A DNA stretch of 41,104 nucleotides from Ardenticatenales bacterium (GTDB taxonomy: Bacteria > Chloroflexota > Anaerolineae > Epilineales > Epilineaceae): NCBI GenBank assembly GCA_039931375.1, contig JBDTSC010000002.1, forward strand, positions 1 through 41,104, written 5' to 3'. Positions 1 through 9,430 of the stretch are shown in pieces. The stretch's first letter is position 1; each line of letters begins with the position of its first letter. Made by a program: the position numbers and the translations under genes. The notes beneath the pieces were generated by a model that was not told the origin of the DNA, did no database searches, and was given only the letters and a program-made list of their open reading frames with translations.

Positions 1-76
1 CGTCGGCATCGTCGGCATCGTCGGCGACCGCGACGACGAGTGCGGTGGGCGCGTGACGGCCCCGGCCCCGGCGTCG

Positions 77-679
77 ATGGCGCGCATCGCCGCGACCGCC
101 ATCGTCGATCCCAGCGCCCGGATCGGCGACGGCTGCCAGGTCTGGCATCACAGCCAGATCCGGAACGGCGTCGTCCTGGGGGATGGCTGCATCGTGGGCA
201 AGGACGTTTACATCGACAGCGACGTGCGCGTCGGGCGGAACGGCAAGATCCAGAACGGCGCGCTCTTGTACCACGGCCTCACGGTCGGCGACGGCGTCTT
301 CATCGGCCCGCAGGTCTGTTTCACGAACGACCGCGTGCCGCGCGCCGTCAACCCGGACCTCAGCCTGAAAGCGGCCGACGATTGGGTCGTCGGATCGACG
401 ACGGTCGGCGACGGCGCCGCGATCGGGGCCGGGACCGTGGTCGTGACCGGCGCATCGATCGGCCGCTGGGCGATCGTCGGCGCCGGATCGGTCGTGACCC
501 GCGACGTCGAGGCGTTCGCCTTGGTCGTCGGCAACCCGGCGCGCCGCATCGGCTGGGTCTGCAAGTGCGGCGATCGGTTGGACGATGTCCGCGACCGGTG
601 CTGGGGCTGCGGCGTCGCTCTCGTCGACGGCGTACCGACCGAGGACGCCGCCGGGCCGCCGCCGGGAGCGGGGCGATGA
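77..679 (+). CDS. Hexapeptide-repeat (left-handed beta-helix) sugar N-acetyltransferase, WbpD/WlbB-like
   Basis: In the ORF 53..679 frame, with an ATG at 77. Successive hexapeptide turns are visible (VVLGDGCIVG, VRVGRNGKIQNG, LTVGDGVFIG, TTVGDGAAIGAG, ASIGRWAIVGAG), followed by the GNPARRIG tail typical of LbH sugar acetyltransferases. There is a C-terminal CKCG..CWGCG ribbon. The stop overlaps the next start (ATGA at 676-679). Confidence 0.75.
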   Translation: MARIAATAIVDPSARIGDGCQVWHHSQIRNGVVLGDGCIVGKDVYIDSDVRVGRNGKIQNGALLYHGLTVGDGVFIGPQVCFTNDRVPRAVNPDLSLKAADDWVVGSTTVGDGAAIGAGTVVVTGASIGRWAIVGAGSVVTRDVEAFALVVGNPARRIGWVCKCGDRLDDVRDRCWGCGVALVDGVPTEDAAGPPPGAGR

Positions 680-1665
680 CGCTGCGCGCCGCGGTGATCG
701 GCGCGGGCGCGATGGGCCGCCACCACGCCCGCGTGTACGCCGGCCTCGATGATGTCGAGCTGGTCGGCGTCGCCGATCCGTCGGCCGACAGCCGGGCGTG
801 GATCGAGCGGCGCTTCCGGATACCCACGTACGACGACCATCGGACGCTGCTCTCCCGCGAGAAGCCGGACCTCGTGAGCATCGTCGTGCCGACGGGACAG
901 CACACCGCGGTCGCGCTCGAAGTCATCGCCGCCGGCGTCTCGCTGCTGGTGGAAAAGCCGATCGCCGCCACTGAGGCCGAGGCGCAGGTCATGATCGACG
1001 CCGCGCGCGTGGCCGACGTCGTGCTGACCGTCGGGCACGTCGAGCGCTTCAACCCGGCCGTGCGCGAGCTGAAACGGCGGGTCGATGCGGGCGAGATCGG
1101 CCGCGTGTTCACGGTGCAGGCCCGCCGCCTCGGTCCGTTCCCGAACCGCGTGCGCGACGTGGGGGTCGTCATCGACCTGGCGACGCACGACCTCGACATC
1201 CTGCGCTGGATCGTCGGCACCGAGGTGGTGCGGATCCAAGCGGAGACGGCGCAGCAGATCCACACCGCGCACGAGGACCTTTTGGTCGGTCTTCTGCGAT
1301 TCGAAGACGGCGAGATCGGGTTGCTGAACATCAACTGGTTGACGCCGACCAAGATCCGCGAGCTCTCCGTCACCGGTGAGCGCGGCATGTTCGTCGCCGA
1401 CTACCTCCGTCAGACGCTCACGTTCCACGAGAACACGGCCGCCGACGCCCACTGGGAATCGTTCGGCCAGCTGCAGGGCGTCGTCGAGGGCAACACGACG
1501 TCGATTCGCATCGAGGGCGGCGAGCCGCTCGTGGCCGAACTGGCCGCCTTCGCCGCCGCCGTACGCGACGGCACGCCGCCCATCGTCAGCGGCGAGGACG
1601 GCCTGGCGGCGCTGCGCCTCGCCCGCGCCGTCGTCGCGGCGGGCGAGCGGGGCGCCACGTGGTGA
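676..1665 (+). CDS. Gfo/Idh/MocA-family NAD-dependent sugar oxidoreductase (WbpB-like)
   Basis: Internal ATG at 676 of ORF 40..1665. Rossmann N-terminus AAVIGAGAMGRHHARVY and the family EKP motif (LLVEKPIA). Size of about 330 aa fits the family. Translationally coupled to both neighbours. Confidence 0.75.
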   Translation: MTLRAAVIGAGAMGRHHARVYAGLDDVELVGVADPSADSRAWIERRFRIPTYDDHRTLLSREKPDLVSIVVPTGQHTAVALEVIAAGVSLLVEKPIAATEAEAQVMIDAARVADVVLTVGHVERFNPAVRELKRRVDAGEIGRVFTVQARRLGPFPNRVRDVGVVIDLATHDLDILRWIVGTEVVRIQAETAQQIHTAHEDLLVGLLRFEDGEIGLLNINWLTPTKIRELSVTGERGMFVADYLRQTLTFHENTAADAHWESFGQLQGVVEGNTTSIRIEGGEPLVAELAAFAAAVRDGTPPIVSGEDGLAALRLARAVVAAGERGATW

Positions 1666-3107
1666 TGAGCGCGGCCGCGGCGACCAACGGATCAGACGGC
1701 GACGAACGGAACAGGACTCCGATGCGCGATGCAGCACGGTTCGACCAACTTGCCGCCCAGCTCGACGACCGCACCGCCCGTTTGGCCGTCGTCGGCCTCG
1801 GCTTCGTCGGCACGCCCGTCGCGTGCATGCTCGCGGGCGCCGGCTACGCCGTCCTCGGGCTCGACGTCGTCGCGGACAAGGTGGACGCGATCAACGCCGG
1901 ACGCGTGCCGTTCGAGGGCGAGGAGCCGGGCCTGCCCGAGCTGCTGGCCCGCGTCGTCGCCGACGAGCGGCTGGTCGCGAGCACCGACCCCGACGCGCTG
2001 CGCGCCTGCGATGCGATCCTCATCGCCGTCGACACGCCCGTCGATCCGGACAGCCACCTGCCGGGCTACGCCGCCTTGACCGGCGCGCTGGAGTCGATCG
2101 GGCCGCGCCTCCGGCCCGGGATGCTGGTCATCGTCGAGAGCACGCTGGCGCCCGGGACGATGGGGCGGCTCGTCGGTCCGACGTTGGCGCGCGCGAGCGG
2201 GCTGCGGATCGGCCGCGACGTCCTGCTGGTCCATTGCCCCGAGCGCGTCATGCCGGGCCGGCTGTTGGCGAACCTGGCCTCGATGAGCCGCGTCGTGGGC
2301 GGTACGACGCCGGAGGCGTCCGACGTGGCGCTGCGCCTCTATCGCCACGTCGTCACCGCGCCCGAGGCGACGCTGGACGCGAGCGACGCGCTGACCGCGG
2401 AGCTGGTGAAGACGGGCGAGAACGCCTACCGCGACGTCCAGATCGCGTTCGCCAACGAGATGGCCCTCGTGTGCGAGGCGGTGGGGGCGGACGTCTGGCG
2501 GGTGCGGGAGCTGCTCAACAAGTCGCCGGGCCGGGCGATGCTGCTGCCCGGCGCCGGCGTCGGTGGCCACTGCATCCCCAAGGACCCGTGGCTCCTGATC
2601 AGCGGCGCGACCGGCGATGACGTCGACCTGCCGATGACCGCCCGCCTGATCCCAGCCGCCCGCGCCGTGAACGACGCCATGCCGGCCCACATGGCCGATC
2701 TGGCCGCCGACGGCCTGTCGGAGGTCGGCCGGACGCTGCGCCGCAGCCGCGTCGCGGTCCTGGGCATGAGCTACCTGGCGGACACGGAGGACGATCGGAA
2801 CAGCCCGAGCGCCGCGCTCGTCGACTCGCTGGTCGCCCATGGCGCCGACGTCGCCGCGCACGATCCGTGGGTGCCCGCCTACCGCGATCGGACCGTCGAG
2901 GAGGTGATCGCCGGCGCCGACGCGGTGATCGTCATGGTCGCGCACACCGCTTATCGCGGCCTCGACTGGGCCGCCCTAGCCCCGCTGGCACGCACCCTCG
3001 TCCTCGTCGACGGCCGGCGGTCGGTCGACGCGGCGGCGGCGCGGGCGGCGGGGTGGACGGTGCGGGTGGTTGGGGTTGGGGGCGAGGCGGTAGGCAGCGC
3101 CGGGTAA
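1665..3107 (+). CDS. Nucleotide-sugar 6-dehydrogenase (UDP-GlcNAc/UDP-ManNAc dehydrogenase, WbpA/WecC family)
   Basis: ORF 1659..3107. The ATG at 1665 overlaps the upstream TGA (TGATG); the GTG at 1659 and the ATG at 1722 are alternative starts. Rossmann motif LAVVGLGFVGTPVA, catalytic Cys motif GVGGHCIPKDPW, and C-terminal domain VAVLGMSYLADTEDDRNSP. Confidence 0.85.
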   Translation: MSAAAATNGSDGDERNRTPMRDAARFDQLAAQLDDRTARLAVVGLGFVGTPVACMLAGAGYAVLGLDVVADKVDAINAGRVPFEGEEPGLPELLARVVADERLVASTDPDALRACDAILIAVDTPVDPDSHLPGYAALTGALESIGPRLRPGMLVIVESTLAPGTMGRLVGPTLARASGLRIGRDVLLVHCPERVMPGRLLANLASMSRVVGGTTPEASDVALRLYRHVVTAPEATLDASDALTAELVKTGENAYRDVQIAFANEMALVCEAVGADVWRVRELLNKSPGRAMLLPGAGVGGHCIPKDPWLLISGATGDDVDLPMTARLIPAARAVNDAMPAHMADLAADGLSEVGRTLRRSRVAVLGMSYLADTEDDRNSPSAALVDSLVAHGADVAAHDPWVPAYRDRTVEEVIAGADAVIVMVAHTAYRGLDWAALAPLARTLVLVDGRRSVDAAAARAAGWTVRVVGVGGEAVGSAG

Positions 3108-3185
3108 GTGGCGGCCGATCGCCCTTCGATTCATCGCCGGGTGGTCGAACGACCGCTCGGCGAAGCAACGATGTACCAACATTCG

Positions 3186-4046
3186 TCAGGGCTGTGGGCA
3201 GTCCATCCCTCGCCGCCGGCACACGAGCACCTCGGTAGTCGGGCTCTCGGCGACGACGCGGGTCAGCACGACCTCGATCGGAAACAGCAGCGCCCCCGCC
3301 AGCCAGCCGATCGCGTTGCGCCGCCGCACGAGCCGCGCCGCGCGCTGCCACACCGCGGGCCACCACGTCGAGCGGGCATCCACGGGATAGTTCATCCAGA
3401 CGAACATCGGCACGCGGCGCACGATCTCGAGGCCGGCGGCGTCGAGCGCGGCGACGATCTCCGCGCGGGTTCGGCTGGCCTGGTGGGCCACCCGCAGAGT
3501 CGGGCCGTGGCGGAACGCGTCGGACCAGATCAGCCAGCCGCCGGGCTTCAGCAGCGCCGCCAGGTTCGCCAGCGCACGCGCATACGCCTCGTCGTCGACG
3601 ATGTGAAACAGCACGTCCATCGCCGTCGCCGCGTCGAACCGCCCCGCCTCGAGCGGCAGCGCGTCCAGCGGGCCGCCGATGTCGCCCTGCACGAAGCGGC
3701 AGCCGGGATGGCGCGCCGCGAGCCGCTCGACGGCGACCGCTGTGATGTCGACGCCCGTGACGTCTGCCGCGCCGTGCGCCAGCCAGCGCTCGACGTAAAA
3801 CCCGGTGCCGGAGCCGACGTCCAGGATCCGCGCGGCGGAAGCGTCGAGGCCGAGCCCCGCGACGACGCGGCGGAAGACGATGGCACGAACGCGGTACAGC
3901 CATTCGTTGTACGCCCGCCCGAGGCTGAGGTATCCCACCCCGGCCAGGTCGTAGTGGGCGCGCAGTCGGTCCTCCCAGTAGCGGGCGGTGTCGAGCAGCG
4001 CATTGTCGTCGTTCGAGGTGGCTGCATCCTGTTTGGACGGCGTCAT
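3186..4046 (-). CDS. Class I SAM-dependent methyltransferase
   Basis: ORF 3186..4145 on the minus strand. The internal ATG at 4046 overlaps the upstream gene's stop (ATGA). SAM motif I ILDVGSGTGFY, post-I VTGVDI, and LKPGGWLIWSD. Confidence 0.7.
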   Translation of the reverse strand: MTPSKQDAATSNDDNALLDTARYWEDRLRAHYDLAGVGYLSLGRAYNEWLYRVRAIVFRRVVAGLGLDASAARILDVGSGTGFYVERWLAHGAADVTGVDITAVAVERLAARHPGCRFVQGDIGGPLDALPLEAGRFDAATAMDVLFHIVDDEAYARALANLAALLKPGGWLIWSDAFRHGPTLRVAHQASRTRAEIVAALDAAGLEIVRRVPMFVWMNYPVDARSTWWPAVWQRAARLVRRRNAIGWLAGALLFPIEVVLTRVVAESPTTEVLVCRRRGMDCPQP

Positions 4047-5389
4047 CGTTCGTGCTCCATTGGCGACGCGGCGATCGAAGTTGGGCGGATGGCCGAGGCG
4101 AAGAGATCCTCCATCCGGCGGACCCACGCATCCGGCGCACAGCACGCGACGACAGCGGCGCGCCCATCACGAGGATCGGCGTGGTGCCGCCTTCCAGCTT
4201 CGCCGGTCGTTTCGTCAGCCGCTTCGTCGGCCGCGTCGTCCGTCACATAGCCGATCGCCTCGCCCATCGCCTCGGCCATCGCGTCGACGTCACCGACGGG
4301 CGTCGACCAGCCGCCGGCCGCCTCGACGAGCGCGTCCGGCCCGCCCGAACGCGTGGCGACGACGCGCAGGCCGCATGCGAGCGCCTCGGCGACGGCGAGT
4401 CCGAACGTCTCGACCTCGCTGGCCGACACGAGCGCGTGGCTGTCGTGATAGAGGGCCAGCAGCTGTTCGCGCGAAAGCGCGCCAAGGAACACGATGCGAT
4501 CGGCGACGCCGAGGTCGTCGGCCAGCGCTACCAGCCGCCCCCGCTCCGGCCCCTCGCCGGCGATGCGGAGCACGACGGCGGGCGTCGCGTCGGCGGTCGC
4601 GGCAGACGTCGACGTCGACGTCTGCGTCCCTGTCACCGCTCCCGCCGGTCCTGTCGGTCCCTTCGGTCCGAACGCCTTCGCGAAGGCGCGGATCAGGACA
4701 TCGACCCCTTTGACAGGTCGCAGATGGGCGACCGCGAGGAAACGGAACGGGACCGCCGCGGGCGGCACGACGGGCGGGGTGAAGTACGCGACGTCGACCG
4801 GGTTGGGCACGACGCGGACGTCGACGGCCGGGGCGAACGCGCGAAGGGCGGCGGCCAGCCCGGGGCCGACGGCGCAGACCGCGGCGGCGGCGTCGAGAAC
4901 GGCGGCGACGACCGGCCGTTCGTCGGGCCGGATGAGCCCACGCAGGAACGCTGACGAGTGCTCGGTCACCACCACGGGGACGCTATGGCGACGGCCGTGG
5001 CGGACGGCCAGGAACCCGCCGAGCAACGTTCCCTGGGCGTGGATCACCTCCGGCACGCCGTGGTCGGCCACGTAGCGCCGCCACAGCCGATCGGACGCGC
5101 GCGCCAGCTGCCAGCGGATGACGCGCGGGCCGAACCGGCCGGGCAACCAGAGCCAGCGGGCCGTGCCGTACGTTGGTAGCCCATGATCGTCTACCCGTCG
5201 GATGGGGTTGGCCGCGCTGCGGCCGCGGACAGCGGCGGGCAGATCGCGCAGAAACCGCGGCGGCGGCACGGTCAGCACGCCGACGGTGTGGCCGTGGTCC
5301 GCCAACAGGCGCGCCTGGTCCCGAAAGAAGCGGCCACGCTGTGAATCGGCGGCATCGGGGTACCACGACGGAAAGACGAGGACATGCAT
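4043..5389 (-). CDS. GT4-family (GT-B fold) glycosyltransferase
   Basis: N-terminus MHVLVFPSWYP and a C-terminal E-x7-E region SEVETFGLAVAEALACGLRVV. A low-complexity inter-domain insert (GTQTSTSTSAATADAT) is present. Confidence 0.85.
   Translation of the reverse strand: MHVLVFPSWYPDAADSQRGRFFRDQARLLADHGHTVGVLTVPPPRFLRDLPAAVRGRSAANPIRRVDDHGLPTYGTARWLWLPGRFGPRVIRWQLARASDRLWRRYVADHGVPEVIHAQGTLLGGFLAVRHGRRHSVPVVVTEHSSAFLRGLIRPDERPVVAAVLDAAAAVCAVGPGLAAALRAFAPAVDVRVVPNPVDVAYFTPPVVPPAAVPFRFLAVAHLRPVKGVDVLIRAFAKAFGPKGPTGPAGAVTGTQTSTSTSAATADATPAVVLRIAGEGPERGRLVALADDLGVADRIVFLGALSREQLLALYHDSHALVSASEVETFGLAVAEALACGLRVVATRSGGPDALVEAAGGWSTPVGDVDAMAEAMGEAIGYVTDDAADEAADETTGEAGRRHHADPRDGRAAVVACCAPDAWVRRMEDLFASAIRPTSIAASPMEHER
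4602..4625. repeat. 24-bp perfect palindrome GCAGACGTCGACGTCGACGTCTGC, i.e. (GACGTC)x3, inside the GT4 gene
   Basis: Self-complementarity was verified by hand. It encodes TQTSTSTS in the inter-domain linker of the minus-strand GT4 gene. Confidence 0.85.
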
Positions 5390-5424
5390 GGACGTTACAG
5401 CCGGGAGAGTGAAGGCAAGCTGAT

Positions 5425-6894
5425 ATGATACCCGCCATGACCCAACCGCCCGGCCTCGGCCAACGCACCGTCCGCTCGTTGGCCTGGAACATGGCGGCCA
5501 GCCCGGTCAAGATGGCGATCATGTTCGCGCGCAGCATCCTGCTGGCGAACCTGCTCGCGATCCCGGGCCTGTTCGGCGACTTCGCCACCGCGGGCAGCAT
5601 CGTCGTCGTCACCTCGGTCATCGCGGGCCTCGGCATCGACGGCGCCTTCCTCAACCGGACGGCGGAGACCGAGGACGAGGCGGAGGCGGCGAACGTCCTG
5701 TTCACCCTCAAGGCGCTGGCGTGCGCGGTGTGGGCCGTCGTGTTGATCGCGGGCGCTTATGCGTTCGCGTCGGGCATCACGCGCTTCTTCCTGGTCGGCC
5801 TGACCTTGACCCGCGCCGCCTCGATCTTTCTGGACACGCCCCGCGTGATCCTGACGCGCCGCGTCGTCCACCGCCGCCTCGTGTTGGCCGACGGGATCGA
5901 GCTCGTCGGTTCGGCGATCGTCAGCGTGCTGTTGGCCCTGAACGGCGCACGCGGCTGGGCGCTGCTCGGCGGCGAGGTGGCGGCCGTGCTGATCTCCGGC
6001 ACCGCGCTCATGCTGTGGCGCCCGTTCTGGCGGCCGCGCTGGCGCCTCCGGCCGGACATCGTGCGGTATTACCTCGGGTTCGGGCGGCGGACCGTCCCGG
6101 CGCGGCTGCTCATGGTCGGCACGGACCGCTTGGACGATCTCTGGACGCGGGCGGTTCTGGGCGCGCCGGCGCTCGGGCTGTACTCGCGGGCCTATCGCTT
6201 CGCGATCTATCCGCGCAACTTCCTGGTCGGCCCGCTCACGAGCGTCGTCCGCGGGACGTACGCGGAGCTGAAGGACGATCGGGTTCGCCTATCGGCGGCC
6301 TTCAAAGCGGCGACGACGGCGCTTGTAACGACGGGGTTTCTCTTCAGCGGTGGGCTCATCCTGACCGCGCCTGAGATCGTCGCCTTCCTGCTCAACCCCG
6401 TCTGGCAACCGATCGTTCGCCCGTTCCAGATCATGATGTTCTTCACCCTTGCCGATCCGGTGCGCCTGAAGCTCTCCGACATGCTGGTCAGCCTGGGCGA
6501 TCCAGCGCCCGTCCTGCGCAGCTACATCGCGCAGACCGTCGTGCTGGCGATCGGCCTCGTCGCCCTCGGGCCGCGCTGGGGCATCGAGGGGGTGGCGATG
6601 GCGGTGAACATCATGGCCGTCGTCGGCATGGTCCAGCTGGCGCGCCACGTGAAGCGCTACGTGGACACGCCGCTGACGCCGATCTGGCTCGCGCCGGCGG
6701 CGGCATGCGCCGGTGCCGCGGGCATCGCGCTGGGCGTGGCGGCCGCGGTCGGCCCGGTCCGCTCGGTGCTCCTGTACGGTCTGCTGAAGGGGCTGACGTT
6801 CGCGGCCGCCTACGTGCTACTGCTCGGCATCGTGCAGCGCCGCACCCTCCTCGATCTGTGGGCGATGATCCGCCCCACGCTGGCCCGCCGATGA
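5425..6894 (+). CDS. Polysaccharide/oligosaccharide flippase (MOP superfamily, Wzx/PST-like)
   Basis: A 489-aa polytopic hydrophobic protein with many predicted helices, sitting in a glycosyltransferase operon. It diverges from the GT4 gene across a 35-bp gap. An alternative start exists at 5437. Confidence 0.7.
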   Translation: MIPAMTQPPGLGQRTVRSLAWNMAASPVKMAIMFARSILLANLLAIPGLFGDFATAGSIVVVTSVIAGLGIDGAFLNRTAETEDEAEAANVLFTLKALACAVWAVVLIAGAYAFASGITRFFLVGLTLTRAASIFLDTPRVILTRRVVHRRLVLADGIELVGSAIVSVLLALNGARGWALLGGEVAAVLISGTALMLWRPFWRPRWRLRPDIVRYYLGFGRRTVPARLLMVGTDRLDDLWTRAVLGAPALGLYSRAYRFAIYPRNFLVGPLTSVVRGTYAELKDDRVRLSAAFKAATTALVTTGFLFSGGLILTAPEIVAFLLNPVWQPIVRPFQIMMFFTLADPVRLKLSDMLVSLGDPAPVLRSYIAQTVVLAIGLVALGPRWGIEGVAMAVNIMAVVGMVQLARHVKRYVDTPLTPIWLAPAAACAGAAGIALGVAAAVGPVRSVLLYGLLKGLTFAAAYVLLLGIVQRRTLLDLWAMIRPTLARR

Positions 6895-8183
6895 GCGCAC
6901 CGCCGCCCGAGCGCGCCACCGGGCCCCGCCGCCCGAGCATCGTCTGCCTCGCCTTCTCCCCGATCGCCCGCGACGCCCGCGTCCTGCGCCAGGCGCGGGC
7001 GCTGGCCACGCTCGGCGACGTCGTCGTGTATGGCTACGGACCCCGCGCTGATGACGGCCGCGACCTCGGCGGCGGCGCCCGGTTCGCCGCGATCGGCGCG
7101 CCGTCGCGCGGCGGGATCGTCGACCGTTTGGCAAAGGCGGCGCTGCTCGTGCTAGGCCGCATCGCGCCGCGCCGCTGGCGGGGGGCGCTGTACCACCGCT
7201 GGTACTGGCGCTACGAGCTGTACATGCGGGCCCGGATCGCGCTCGTGGCGCACGCGCCGGACGTGATCGTCGCGAACGACTGGAACGCGCTGCCGGTTGC
7301 GATCGAGGCCGGGCGGGCGCTGGGCGCCGGCGTCGTCGTCGACCTGCACGAGTTCGCGCCGCGGCAGTTTGAAAATCGTCCTTTCTGGCGGATCTTCGTC
7401 GCGCCGGCGATCGACCGGCTCCTGGCCGACCACCTCCCGCGGACCAACGCCGCGATCACCGTCGGCGATGCGCTGGCGGAAGCCTACGCGAGCCGCTACG
7501 GCGTCCGGCCGGTCGTCGTCCTCAACGCCCCCGCGCGCCGCGACGCACCGCTGTCCTCGCCCACCCCGACCGACCCGCACACCATCCGCCTGGTCCACCA
7601 CGGCGTCGCGGCCCGCGGCCGCCACCTGGAGACGATGCTCGAGGCCGTCGCTGCCGCCGGCGACCGGTTCACGCTCGACCTCGTGCTCGTGCCGACGGAC
7701 GTCGCGTACATCGCCGAGCTGACCGCGCTGGCCGCGCGCCGCGCGCCGACGCGGATCACGGTGCGTCCGCCCGTCGCGCCGGACGACATCGTCGCGATGC
7801 TCGCGGGCTACGACGTCGGGATCTTCGTGCTGCCGCCGACGACGTTCAACCACGCGAACGCGATGCCGAACAAGCTCTTCGACTTCATCGCGGCCGGCCT
7901 GGCCGTCTGCGTCGGGCCGTCGCCGGCGATGGCCGATCTCGTGCGCCGCCACGGCTGCGGCGTCGTCGCCGACGGCTTCGACGCGGCGGCGACGGCGCGC
8001 TGCCTAGCGGCGCTGACGGGCGAGGCGATCGATCGCTACAAGGCGGCGTCGCGGGTGGCCGCCGCGTCGCTCAACGCCGAGACGGAAGCCGAGACGCTGC
8101 GCGATGTGGTCGCCGGCGTGCTGGCGGCGCATCCGCTGGGCCGCCGGCCCGACGAGGCGGCCGCGCTGGACGACGGCGGATGA
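6891..8183 (+). CDS. GT-B fold glycosyltransferase (GT4-like), paralogue 1
   Basis: Internal ATG at 6891 of ORF 6705..8183 overlaps the flippase stop (ATGA). Conserved blocks are shared with the next gene: ARDARVLRQ, RWYWR, HHGVAARGR, and MPNKLFDFIAAGLAVCVGPSPAMADLVRRHGCGVVAD. Confidence 0.75.
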   Translation: MSAPPPERATGPRRPSIVCLAFSPIARDARVLRQARALATLGDVVVYGYGPRADDGRDLGGGARFAAIGAPSRGGIVDRLAKAALLVLGRIAPRRWRGALYHRWYWRYELYMRARIALVAHAPDVIVANDWNALPVAIEAGRALGAGVVVDLHEFAPRQFENRPFWRIFVAPAIDRLLADHLPRTNAAITVGDALAEAYASRYGVRPVVVLNAPARRDAPLSSPTPTDPHTIRLVHHGVAARGRHLETMLEAVAAAGDRFTLDLVLVPTDVAYIAELTALAARRAPTRITVRPPVAPDDIVAMLAGYDVGIFVLPPTTFNHANAMPNKLFDFIAAGLAVCVGPSPAMADLVRRHGCGVVADGFDAAATARCLAALTGEAIDRYKAASRVAAASLNAETEAETLRDVVAGVLAAHPLGRRPDEAAALDDGG

Positions 8184-9430
8184 GCGCGCGGCGGGTGTGC
8201 ATCGTCAGCCTGTCCGACCTGGCGCGCGACGGGCGGGTGCTGCGCCAGATCGACGCCGCCGCGGCGGCCGGCTACGCCGTGACGGTCGTCGGCTGGGGCA
8301 AACCGGGCACCGTACCCCTGCCCGACGGGGTCGCGTTCCACCCGATCGAACCGATCCGCCTCGGCAAGGTCGAACGCGCCCTTCAGGCGCTGCGTCTCTT
8401 TCTCGGCCGCCTCGACGCCGCGTGGTACGCCCGCTGGTACTGGCGCAAGCCGGACCACGTCGCGGCGCGCGACGCGATCATGGCCGCGCGGCCCGACCTC
8501 ATCCACGCGAACGAGGCGATCGGGCTGCCGGCGGCGCTGGCGGCGGCGGACCGGATCGGCGACGGCGTGAACGGCATTCGCCCGGCTCTCGGCGCGTCGA
8601 CGTCCGCCGCACGCGCTACGATCCCCGTCTTGTTCGACGCGCACGAATATAGCCCTGACCGGCTGCCCCACGGCTCGCTGACCCGCTTCCTGGCGCGTCC
8701 GTTCTACACCTGGCTCATCCGCACCCAGGCCCCGCGCGCCGCCGCGATGACCACCGTCGCCGACGGGATCGCCGAGCGCTACCGCGGCACATTCGGCCTC
8801 GACCCGCACGTCATCCGCAACTGTCCCCGCTATGAGTCGCTGCCGTTCGTCCCCACCGATCCGGACCGCATCCGGCTGGCGCATCACGGCGTCGCGCTGC
8901 GGGCGCGGCGCCTCGGGGACATGATCGAGGTCGTCGCGGCCTGCGACGAACGGTTCGTCCTGGACTTCATGCTCGTCGAGAGCGACGTCTGCGCTATCGA
9001 TGACCTGCAGGTCGACGCGGATCGCCGCGCGCCGGGCCGCGTCACGTTCAGCGCCCCCGTCGCGCCCGCCGCGATCGCCGCCACGCTGAACGCGCGGGCG
9101 GACATCGGCCTCTTTCTCCTGCCGCCCGTGGACTTCAGCTATCGCTTCGCCCTGCCCAACAAGCTTTTCGAGTTCATCATGGCGGGCCTCGCCGTCGCGA
9201 TCGGCCCGTCGCCGGAGATGGCCGGCGTCGTGGACGCGCACGGCTGCGGCGTGGTGGCTGACGACTTCGCGCCCGCGACGCTGGCGGCGCGCCTCAACGC
9301 GCTGACGGCCGCGGAGATCGACGGTTACAAGCGGCGCTCGCTCGAGGCGGCCAAGTCGCTGAACGCGGCCGCAGAGATGGGGCGGCTGATGGCGCTGTAT
9401 GGGTCGCTCCTTGAGGCCGGCACCACGTGA
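8180..9430 (+). CDS. GT-B fold glycosyltransferase (GT4-like), paralogue 2
   Basis: ATGA overlap with the previous gene. It is collinear in sequence with paralogue 1: ARDGRVLRQ, RWYWR, HHGVALRAR, and LPNKLFEFIMAGLAVAIGPSPEMAGVVDAHGCGVVAD. Confidence 0.75.
   Translation: MSARRVCIVSLSDLARDGRVLRQIDAAAAAGYAVTVVGWGKPGTVPLPDGVAFHPIEPIRLGKVERALQALRLFLGRLDAAWYARWYWRKPDHVAARDAIMAARPDLIHANEAIGLPAALAAADRIGDGVNGIRPALGASTSAARATIPVLFDAHEYSPDRLPHGSLTRFLARPFYTWLIRTQAPRAAAMTTVADGIAERYRGTFGLDPHVIRNCPRYESLPFVPTDPDRIRLAHHGVALRARRLGDMIEVVAACDERFVLDFMLVESDVCAIDDLQVDADRRAPGRVTFSAPVAPAAIAATLNARADIGLFLLPPVDFSYRFALPNKLFEFIMAGLAVAIGPSPEMAGVVDAHGCGVVADDFAPATLAARLNALTAAEIDGYKRRSLEAAKSLNAAAEMGRLMALYGSLLEAGTT

Noticed and set aside
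1-56. The 3' end of an upstream gene, containing a 9-nt repeat (CGTCGGCAT twice, then CGTCGGCGA) and an in-frame TGA at 54-56.
   Set aside because: Only about 18 codons of Ser/Ala/Thr-rich sequence are visible, which is too little to support a call.
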